From contig NC_068990.1 of the NCBI RefSeq assembly GCF_001194135.2, forward strand, positions 5,719,277-5,783,276: DNA of 64,000 nucleotides. The letters run 5' to 3'. A model generated the notes under the pieces. It was given only the letters and a program-made list of their open reading frames with translations, did not search any database and had not been told where the DNA came from. Positions 53,660 through 64,000 of the stretch are shown here, piece after piece. A program made the translations under genes and the position numbers. Every line of letters begins with the position of its first letter. Within the stretch, counting starts at the first letter, position 1. The DNA is from Octopus bimaculoides. Taxonomy: Eukaryota.

Positions 53660-54750
53660 TTGGTATCAACTCTATTATCATAGGGAAATGCCAGATCTAT
53701 TATCTTACACTCCTTGTTTATTTTGTCCTGTATATCCGGCCTTCTTACTTCAGTTGTGTGGTCTGTCTTTATGAAGAAAGTCCACAAGGTTTGCAATTTG
53801 CATTTTCTATCAAAACCTCTTGTTCGTGTTCATACTTCTTTTCTGTTTTTTTCAAGTCACACGTTCGGCTAACATCCCAATTCATACTTTTGTCTACACG
53901 GTCATGCTTACGTTTATACTTCTTTTCAGCTAGTATACTGCACTCACTCCAAAAGTGATTGATATTTTCGTCTCCTTTCCTGCTGATTCTACATTTTCTG
54001 TCTGACTGAGTTCAGTCGATCTTTGCTTTTATCAGATTTGTTCTAAGGGCTTATTCCTGAGCGACAATAACTAGCATTTCTGGCTCTCGTTTCACCTTCC
54101 CGTCAATCAACCAGAGTCAGCGATCCTTACTTCCACAATCCTCGGTTTGTTGCATTAATTGGCCATATGGTTTCATTTCTTTTCATTTGTTTATTCTGTT
54201 GTCCTTCCTTTTCTCATTGAATTCTGTAACTGTTTCTGTTAATTTTTAGGTATCACTGGCTGCCGATAGTACTCTTTCTTTACTCTATACAACGTACAAT
54301 TTCAGACCTAGTATTGCAATATTAACAGTCTCTTTGTTTAGTAATCCTCTGCCATCTGCCTTTCTTGGTATGTAGAATCTGTCAGTATTGCTTTTAAGGT
54401 GGAGTGCGTTGTGCACTGTAAGCAGATTTCTAGTTCTACCCAAGTTCCGTAGCACGACCTTTGCCCGTTTCAGAAAGAAATCATAGTATATCTATACGGG
54501 TATAGCCCATGTTTATATTGCTTTAATGGTGTTTCTTCCATTTCATTTTGTTTCGAGCATCTTCCTAATTCTCCTCTGATATCCTATAACAACTTTCTCT
54601 CTCATTTCTTCTTCCATTTTCCATCGTCTTGCAGCAGTTCTTGATATTTATACCTCTAACTATTCCACAGTGATCTAATGACGCTGTTTTGTAGTAATTT
54701 TATGACATTAGACTTTATCTTCCGGCTTATCTTCATAATTAGTATTGCGC
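53660..54750 (-). mobile_element. R4/Dong-type LINE relic (RT C-terminus, CCHC knuckle, RLE start)
   Basis: VDKCAILIMK, IKAINIWAIPVYRY, WLIDGKVKREPEMLVIVAQE*ALRTN, CRI...NINHFWSEC...KHDRV, TDHTTEVRRPDI and KIIDLAFPYD. Confidence 0.88.
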
Positions 54751-55498
54751 ACTTATCTACCACACCCTTGCCTACCTCTTGAGATGCCTCAACCGCCCGG
54801 AAATAGACGGCTAAATTCTCTCAAAAGAACTTTCCAAATTAAGACTGTAAATCAATAATTATCTTAGTGTACATAGCACCTTTACTCGAGGAAAGGAGTA
54901 ATGCAAAATCGAAGAAAAATATACTTTCCCCAACAGGACATATTATGAAAAGGAAATCAAAGAAAATGAGCATTTGTCGTAAATGTGAGTTTCTTTAAAA
55001 AGATTGAAAGGCTGGAATGCGATTCCATGAAGTCTTTAACAATAAGTACATGTACCTTTCCAAAAATAAAAGAACATATAGAAAAGACATAGGCACGATA
55101 GAATGCTTAAAGCATAAGCAATGGATGAAAACATGATTATGATAACAATGATCATAAGATAAAGCCAAAACAGCTATTGTACTAATTTGATTGCTGGAAG
55201 TGTCAAATAGATTGCCCTGAAACGAATTTGAACGCTAGTTTGAGGGTTCCCGACGGGCATTCTAATTTCAATGATGTAAATGCTAAAGTTTTTTGACCGA
55301 AGTACGAAATTTAATGATCGAAAAACGAATGCGAATGACTAACTTGATGTGTGGTTAAAAGTGAAGAAATTATGGTTTTAATGCATGTGCCTGGTGTACG
55401 CTTATCAGACGGGTAGTCGTGATGGGTATCCTAGGCTTCGTATATTTGTACCCCAGTGTCACTTTGATGGCATGCGCTGCTCTCTCACTCACTCACTG

Positions 55499-55572
<74 letters not shown>

Positions 55573-55858
55573 CTATTATAATAATGGGCTTGTTTGTAAG
55601 TTTGTCCAAAATCACGAAATGAGGGAGTAGCAGTGTAAGTAAGAGTAAAAAAAGAGAAGAGACAAAATGGTAATAACAATGAGAGAGGGAGTGGTATCAA
55701 ACAGCGCTTCTCACTCTCTCTCTATATATATATCTCTCTCTCTTTCTCTCAACACAAACCTTTTCGCTTTATTGATGAACGCTGCCTCTCTCTCTCTCTT
55801 TCTCTCTCTATCTATCTACAGACGCACACACAAACTCTTTCTCTCACTCTCTTTCTTT

Positions 55859-55890
<32 letters not shown>

Positions 55891-56389
55891 TTTCTCTCTC
55901 AACAAAAAAATTTTCATTCGAATATGAGATAAGTAAATAAGTAGTCATTTCTAAGTCATAGAATTAAATTATTGTCTATTGAAAGAAAACTTGATAACAT
56001 TCTGTTTAAAGAAAGCTAAATATAAAAGGAAGGCAATTATAAATATTTACAAATACCAGACGATAATGTGACGTGTGTAAATATTTATGAATGAAGAATT
56101 TTGCTAAGACGGTGAAGTTTGTCTCCAAGATCTTTTTCCGTTGCAGGCAGTAAAGAGAGTGAGAGAGCGAGAGACAAACAAAGATAAAGAACGTGTAGAC
56201 GTTCTTAGAAAACAATAAGTCTCTGTGTGTATGCCGTTAATATAATCCTGTGCAATTTTGGACTTCGTATGGTTGCGTATAGAAATATAAACAAACTAAC
56301 GTACACACACACGCGTAGACATACACAAATATACTTATTTGTCTTGAAGTTTGTGTTCCGTTGTATTAAATATGCTCATCCACCTGTTA

Positions 56390-56728
56390 TGCAGAATGAA
56401 TCGGACAGAAGGCGACAGTTAGCCAGAGAGAGACAAAGACGAAGAGCAGCCAGTCTCACCCAGGGAGAACTGGACGCAAGAAGATTAAACACTACATTAA
56501 GGTTATTAAATCAATCACAAGAAGTGAGACAAGAGACACGAGTGCAAGAAGACGTCAAAATGTAAAGGAGCACCTAACTGCACAAAGGAGAGATATCCAC
56601 AGAGAGAGAGAGAGGGGAGCACAAAAGCGCCAGGATGAAACAAAAGAGCAAGCAGCACTCGGGAGAGAAAGAGACTATCGCAAAAGCGACAAGATGAAAT
56701 GGAAGAGGAAGCAGCACAAAGGAAAGAA

Positions 56729-56730
<2 letters not shown>
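56390..56730 (+). other. Charged low-complexity coding relic, possibly a Helitron N-terminus
   Basis: MQNESDRRRQLARERQRRRAASLTQGELDARRL...QKRQDETKEQAA resembles the ET.EQ..AR repeats at Helitron RepHel N-termini; no catalytic motif was seen. Confidence 0.3.
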
Positions 56731-56763
<33 letters not shown>

Positions 56764-56951
56764 ATTGAGAAGAATAGAAATATAATGGTTAATACTGAAA
56801 CGGATCATCCAAAACAACTCATTGCTGATAGGGCTTTCACAAGAAACGTGGTGTTGAAGCAATTACTGAGATAAAGGTTGTAATGTTTTTATTTTAATTT
56901 TATTTTCTGTATCATTTTCATGCCGTCATTTCTGAAGGCACGGTTACACTA

Positions 56952-57026
<75 letters not shown>

Positions 57027-57036
57027 GTAATAAGCA

Positions 57037-57690
57037 AGGGTGACCTAAAAAGAAGATTGAAAGCTTAATCTTCGCTTTCCTCTGTAGACTGTGTGGGAAG
57101 AGGGTCGAAAGCGTGACTCACATTGTTAATGCTTGTAAAAGACTTGCACAGAAAGACTATAAGCACAGATGCGATAAGGTAGCCCAAAGCCTTCACTGGC
57201 TACAATGCCGGAAGTATGGATACAAGGTAACGGGTGCTTGGTACCTACATACACCAGAAAAGGTAACGGACGAAAAGGGGAAGGCAAAAATCCTCTGCGA
57301 CTTTGACTTCCAGACAGTCAAGGTGTTAGAGCAAAGAAGGCTGGATATAGAAACCGTTAGGAGGGACAAACAATAGTGCCTAATAATCGACGTGGAAGTG
57401 CCAAGAGATGAACATATTATCGAGAAAGAAAAAGATTGATAAATATGGAGACCTGAGAATTGAGATCGCCAAGATGTGGCAGCTACGAGAGTCAGACATA
57501 ATGGCTGTCCCTATTGTCATCGGTGCATTGGGTTGAATAGCACCCAATCTGAAAAAAACATCTGGAGACTTTATAAATACTCTACAATTATTACAGCTCG
57601 ATGGCTGTCACTATTGCTGCTGCTGCTGCAAAAATCAGCATTACTTGGAACTGCATGCATATTGCATAGAGTACTGTCTCTTTAAGGTCC
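57037..57690 (+). mobile_element. R4/Dong-type LINE 3' end (CCHC knuckle plus RLE)
   Basis: CRLCGKRVESVTHIVNAC..LAQKDYKHRCDKVA...ILCDFDFQT...RRLDI...LIIDVEVP, VPIVIGALG and LQKSALLGTACILHRVL*. Confidence 0.9.
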
Positions 57691-58439
57691 TTGTGACTTG
57701 ACAGACAGTACAAACCCCCGTTAGATACAATATTTTCAATTAACAACATCGCGATATTCGACACTGTGCGACGTCTTAAATTATAATGCTATAGGCACGA
57801 AGCCTGAAATTTTGAGGAGGGACTAGTCAATTACATCAACTCCAGTGATCAACTGATGCTTACTTTACCAACCCTGAAAACATGAAAGGCAAAATTGACT
57901 CCACAAACTTTGAACACAGAACGTAAAGGCAGAAGAAATGCGGTCAGGTAATTTGTCCGGCGCGATTTACTACCTTAATGGTAATGTCTATTTAATACTG
58001 TCAGACATCTGTGTAGATCTTATGTGAGTGTAGGATTTAAACAGAGTGAGATTTGGAATGAGAATATAATTAAAGCACTTATTGAATATTAATAAATTAA
58101 CCTTTATTTCCTTATGTCAAATACAGATTATTTAGGAGTTACATCGCCCAAAGATATATTTGCGTTAATGATTTCCCAAATTTGTGTAGGCTTGAATTAT
58201 ACATATGTTAAACGATTTTAATTCCTATGGGAAGTTGTTGAAATTTGTCCAGTGAATCAAGCATAAATAGCTTTATGTCACATTCACATGTAACAATTAA
58301 ATATATTCCTCACTCAGCACTAGTGCATCCTCTGTACAACAACTGCTATTTGAGCTTTACTATTCTATATCTCTAAACTATCAGCTTTCGCCTTTGACAG
58401 AGCTAATTTAAAGCGGAGTCGTTACCTGGGACATCATTA

Positions 58440-58780
58440 GATCTTTCAACTTTGTTTGGCAGTTGAATCTTCCGTTATTTTCCCCGCCTTTAGATTTCGT
58501 TCAACACCCCAGTTCTTTGATCGATATCTTCCTATCAGATCAAAGTATCGTCGTCTGTGCTGACAGTATATTTTACTGCCCACATTCCATAAACTCTGAT
58601 GTTCCCAGGGTTCAGTTTTGTGACTCGTACTGCTTCTCGTATACTTCAATTTACAAATAATATCATCGCCAACATACCACGCGTTTATACAACTTTCTTT
58701 GTGCTATCTTACATGTTTAACCCAGATATCATCTACAGACAACAGAGGCATCTCACACTGAATTTGCACTGACTCCATGA
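58440..58780 (-). mobile_element. Possible L1/Tx1 RT relic
   Basis: RGMLAMILF...SIR...GNIRVYG...STDDDTLI and AGKITEDS echo Tx1 QG..LS.ILF, YADD and GAKIN..KS; very degraded. Confidence 0.35.
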
Positions 58781-59090
58781 AGAGAAACCTTGGAAATATC
58801 CTTTAAAGGGGTCATACCTGTCTTGCTTTGTATAACGTTAACGCAATACAAGCACTGCTGATATCATCTCATTTCTCCCTATTTAAACAAGTATAGAAAA
58901 CAAATAGAACCTCTAAAATCACACCGAATACTGCGTTTCTTTATGAGGTTCTCTTCTAACAAACGCATATCTCAAACATTAGCTCATTTCTTCGGTTCCA
59001 GAAGATATTTCAACCCCAACAACTTCTAACTCATTGCAAAGTTCAGGTTAGAACCACAATGACCTTCTAGAAATCATCCAGAGAATCATC

Positions 59091-59934
59091 CAGTATTTCC
59101 TTCCAGATTATCGCTCGCAATAATTGGAATCACTACTCCTGCTTCTATTTGGCGCTGGTATGGACGTGTAGTCGAGAAGTTTGCATCCAACAGTAGATAC
59201 AATGAGGTCGGTTAAATGACTTCAGCATTAAGCTTCAGCATTACCAAACGTCAAAGATAAAGTCCATTTTGCCTATGATAGCGAACTATCCGCCGTAGTT
59301 TTTATTTTCAGTTTGATTTATCGTATATGGAGACCAAAGTGTATATTGACTGAACATGGGCTGATAATCATTTGTTTGACTTAATCCAGATTGGTCAAAA
59401 TAAATTCACTCAGTGATATATGCTTGAAATTCTTATCCTCAGACATGCTATCTCTTCTCTGTGTCTTTTCTATTCAATGAACTCTGTTGCCTGGAGCTGG
59501 CTGGTCTTGTACCACATCCACTCATACACTCATGACTTGCCTCTCCTTTTGTTAAACTGAGTTTGTGTCCAACCCCGAGAGCTCGCACGAGCCACAATGC
59601 TTCGTACTAACAACTTATAAATTCGGCCTTCTGGAATGTCTTCGATGCATATCTTTCCTGCATTCGTCGTCTTGCAATAGTTTAACTTTAACGATATCAG
59701 TCTCACTAGTATCTGAATTTATGTGTTTAAGAATATCCAAATATTTCAGTTCTCCGCTTTCTGGTGTCCAAAGTGTGTACGGTTAAATTACATAAATATT
59801 AACTTAACAACTACAAGTACACTACTTTCACAGTATTTTCCATCCAGATTATCGCTCGCAATAATTGGAATCACTACTCCTGCTTCTATTTGGCGCTGGT
59901 ATGGACGTTTAGACGAGAAGTTTGCATCCAACAG
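59091..59934. repeat. Dispersed direct repeat of about 103 bp (59091-59193 and 59831-59934)
   Basis: The core tccagattatcgctcgcaataattggaatcactactcctgcttctatttggcgctggtatggacg is identical in both copies, with a few differences elsewhere. Confidence 0.95.
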
Positions 59935-60689
59935 CTTCGTTATGATTTCATTCCCACTGAGCGGAACCTTGAGCAAGACGAGAATTATGTAGAAATCAGT
60001 CGGAGAGACCGTTTCTTTAATTTGGTGGTGAAATGCATTTCATCACTCCGCTTTATCAACACCAGTACAGGTAACAGGATGCCTGGCTTGAGCGGAAAAC
60101 CCTCTTTTGTGAGCATTCGAACCACGTTTCCGATTCATCCCTTTCTTCCATCAACTTGTGAGGCCCCGGAACAAAAATCATGCACACGACTCGTCCATTT
60201 TTGATGAAGTCATAATAAATAAAAGTAAAAATAAACGTAATTGCTGCAAACATTATATAAATGCCAGAATCAATAAGAACCGTCCACTATCTCTGGTTAA
60301 CATGGTTAAAAAAAAACAGAATGCAGAATAATGAAAAATGAGTTATATAATTTTAGATACACTTTTTTCTTTTTATTTACTCTTTCCAGAAAAAAAACAA
60401 CTATATTATTTGCAAAATTACTTGCTTGGAAATTTAATGAAATAGGTTATTCATCTTAAATGATAACGTTTCTGGTAGGTTTATCTCAGCGGGGACTCAG
60501 AGGACATAAAATCTGTTGGAAGCCATGACAGTAGAAAATGTCATTGACAAGTCAACCTTAGAAATTTAGTATAATTCATTTACATTCTGGTATTCACATT
60601 CATTTTGTTAGCTAGCTATTTCCTGATAATGGAAAGTTTATTCTCAGAGCAGAAATTAGTAAAGAATGCTTCAGCGGATGCTTAGATGT

Positions 60690-60711
60690 TTATTATTATT
60701 ATTATTATTAC

Positions 60712-60744
<33 letters not shown>

Positions 60745-60790
60745 CATTATTATTATTATCGTCATCGTCATCATCATTATCATCATCATC

Positions 60791-60835
<45 letters not shown>

Positions 60836-60948
60836 GGTGGTGGTGGTGAGAGCCATCGAGCTGTAATTTCGTATTTGTTGCAAAACAGAAATATTGTTAG
60901 TCATTGAACATTTGACATGATGTCAGGTTATATGAATATTTAGTAGTG

Positions 60949-61031
<83 letters not shown>

Positions 61032-61033
61032 GG

Positions 61034-61090
<57 letters not shown>
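60690..61090. repeat. Two compound trinucleotide arrays
   Basis: (ATT)n-(ATC)n-(AGT)n-(GGT)n at 60690-60848 and (AGT)n-(GGT)n-(GTT)n at 60941-61088. Confidence 0.95.
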
Positions 61091-61249
61091 TCGTTGTTGT
61101 TTGAAAAACGTTTGGTCATGCAGGCTGGTAGAAACAACGTTTCTCTAAATCAATAATCGATACACGATTAACAATGTTACCAAACTCCATTATTGGATTT
61201 ATTCAAGTTGAATATCTCATTTTTCATTTATTGCTTCTGATTTACAACT

Positions 61250-61905
61250 CTTCATACCAGTGTAAAATACTATATATCATAGAAAAACAGATCTGTCCAT
61301 TAAGTTTTAAGAGATTTTCCAGCAATTTTGTCTGCGACTATTTTACATGAACATAGTATCATTATAACCCATTCTGAAACTAAAATTGCTTATTTTATTA
61401 CAGTGTTCAGTATTTTTCCACTGTCACTAAAATATGTCATGATGTACAGCAGCTTAATCCAATGTTCATAGCTTGAAAGACTTTTCTTCTCTGCCCATCA
61501 GATAGATAGGACATAGTTGATAGCATCATTTTTGTTCATAGGAAACTTTAATTTCAGCATTGCCAAATATAGTAACAATAATACTGTACATCCTCATGCT
61601 CTTTGTTTTCGAGTAGACTGATTGGGATATACAAACGCAGGTTAAGAACAGAAAGCATATTGATAGAATATGAACTATCAATCGTGTATTACTATTACTA
61701 TTACTCACGCCAAAGATGAATTCAAGCATTGTGCTGGACGCCATTACATTGTATATGTCGAGTTATTATATCATACGACCTAGGTTCGGTTCCTTGTTGT
61801 AGATATTTCAAAGATTTAATTTATCTTCCTTAAGACTTTGAGTAAGACTCCGACTTCGCATTTTCTGATTTTGCATCGTTCTGTAGTCTCCGTTTATACA
61901 AGCAT
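61250..61905 (+). pseudogene. Weak candidate decayed class A GPCR
   Basis: CKILY...ICPLSFKR, KIAYFITVFSIFPLSL, LPNIVTIILYILM (P..Y spaced as 5.50/5.58) and PFIQA. The opposite strand is also TM-like, so the call is weak. Confidence 0.25.
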
Positions 61906-61915
61906 AGATACATAC

Positions 61916-61960
<45 letters not shown>

Positions 61961-62650
61961 GCTATATGCATAAATATATATATATATATAATATATATAT
62001 GTATGTGTATGTATGTATGCATGCATGTGTGTAGGTGTATATATTAGTATATACATACATATATGTGTGTGTAGAGAGAGAGAGAGGGGGAAAGAGAGAG
62101 ATGCATGTATGTATATAAGTGTGTGTGTGTGTGTGTGTGTGTGCTTCTGTGTGTATGTGTGTATTTCTCTGTGTGTGTGTTGTCTGTGTGCGTGCTGTGT
62201 GTATATTTATATGTATACATGCATGTATATGTATATATCGTAGATAATTTCCATAAAAAGAAGAATTTATCTTATATGATATTTAATATAAATTTATTCT
62301 TCTTTGATGATCAAAGACATGCCACCAATCACTCTAACCTTATTTTCTCTAATCTCATTTTAGTTTCATTTATATAAATGACCAACCATATAGATGTGTT
62401 CTTCTACATTAATATCGCTATCTAGTTTTGCGGGATATAAGGCTGGCAAGTGCTATACTATTGGGTTAAAAATGCGTCTCCTGTCGTTCTAGACAGTCTG
62501 TCGTCTTGTTGCAGATGTCCTCTTGTTTCTAGAAAAACAGTACCTTACTGACATGTCAGTTATTGAGGATTATGGATCGTCGAGAATATTTTCCTTTCTC
62601 ATTTGGTGTTAGTTCAAATTGCCATCGACCAATTCATCTATTTTCTCTGG

Positions 62651-62695
<45 letters not shown>

Positions 62696-62859
62696 NNNNN
62701 NNNNNNNNNNNNNNNNNNNNNNNNNNNNNNNNNNNNNNNNNNNNNNNNNNNNNNNNNNNNNNNNNNNNNNNNNNNNNNNNNNNNNNNNNNNNNNNNNNNN
62801 NNNNNNNNNNNNNNNNNNNNNNNNNNNNNNNNNNNNNNNTATATTTATATCTGTATTAT

Positions 62860-63029
62860 AAGAAGCTTGCTTACCAGTTACATGGTTCCAGGTTCAGTCA
62901 CGCTGCGTGGTACCTTGGGCGAGTATTTTCCATTATGGCCTCTGGCTGACCAGACCCTTGTAAGTGAATTTGATAGACGGAAATTGAATGAAGCTTGCCG
63001 TATATATGTATATGTATATATATGTGTGT

Positions 63030-63074
<45 letters not shown>

Positions 63075-63290
63075 CAGGCGTATGTGTGCGCGTTTGTGTG
63101 TGTATGTCTTTGTGTCTATGTTGTGTCTTTGTCCACCACCACCGCCTGGCAACTGGTGTTGGTGTGTTTACATCCCCATATCTTGGCGTTTCAGCAAAAC
63201 AGAGCGATTGTATAGTTACATGGCTTTGAAAATAGTAAGTACTGGGGTAGATTCATTCGACTAAAATATTCTTGAAGGCGGTGACTGACA
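62860..63290 (+). mobile_element. SINE family B with an internal (TG)n
   Basis: agcttgcttaccagttacatggttccaggttcagtcacgctgcgtggtaccttgggc...ttgaaggcggtgactga. Confidence 0.85.
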
Positions 63291-63320
63291 CAATAAATAT
63301 AAATATATACCGACATATGT

Positions 63321-63388
<68 letters not shown>

Positions 63389-63418
63389 GCACGTATGTTT
63401 GATTGTTTTTGTGTGTAT

Positions 63419-63458
<40 letters not shown>

Positions 63459-63580
63459 AATAATTATTTTTGTGAGTCAATAGAATCGAGTTATTCTTAA
63501 TGACAAAGGCACAAATATAGACTCGAGGATAAACGATTTTCTTTATATGATGTAATAAAAACACGTCTGAAACAGCTGTA

Positions 63581-63612
<32 letters not shown>

Positions 63613-63789
63613 ATGCAGCTATGTGTGCGTGTGTGTGTATATGCGGGTATGTGTCAGCGTATGTATGCATGTGTGATGTTCTTACTATGACTTTAATCCA
63701 ACTTTCTGTACTCCCCTTTCACTTTGTTACCCTTAGACTCTCCTAATTTTCTATATCTCCTATTCACCCCTCTCTCTTTACTTCCGCCT

Positions 63790-64000
63790 CCTTTACCTCA
63801 GTTTTTACATTTTACTGATGCCTTCTTCTTCTTCTTCTTCTTCTTCTTCTTCTTCTTTTCCTTCTTCTTCTACTTCTTCCTCTTCCTCCTCCTCATCTTA
63901 TTCTTCTCTTCCTCCTCCCCATTTCTCTTCTTTTGTTCCTTTTCCCCTCATTTTCAATTGTTCGTTATTTTCCTTTCCCCTCCGCCGCTTCCTCCTCGTC
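63790..64000. repeat. Polypyrimidine (CTT/CCT)n tract
   Basis: Read directly. Confidence 0.9.

Noticed and set aside
53455-53958. 167-aa plus-strand ORF
   Set aside because: It is largely the antisense of the R4/Dong relic.

Overview
This is eukaryotic, AT-rich, microsatellite-saturated DNA with 11 N gaps, most of them next to (TA)n or (TG)n runs. The SINE families look like those of octopus, so the source is probably a cephalopod; that assignment is inferred from repeat recognition. I found no intact host gene, true tRNA/rRNA, CRISPR array or prokaryotic feature, and nearly all ORF-track calls are microsatellite, gap or antisense artefacts. The window is mostly decayed transposons: three R4/Dong-type, one HERO-type, two RTE, one CR1/L2 and one possible Tx1 non-LTR relic. 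It also holds four Penelope-like (PLE) coding relics, a truncated Tc1, a full-length maT-like (DD37D) element, an internally deleted Helitron, two MITEs and many tRNA-derived SINEs. The most interesting signal is a set of type I hammerhead ribozyme (HHR) motifs of the PLE/retrozyme kind: two with intact cores (27330-27401 minus, 51924-51969 plus) and four degenerate ones. The one at 51.9 kb sits in a ~410-bp TSD-flanked insertion that also carries a tRNA-like Pol III promoter, making it a candidate Penelope-mobilised, self-cleaving SINE. Three stretches show collinear motif echoes of decayed class A GPCR genes, at low to moderate confidence.
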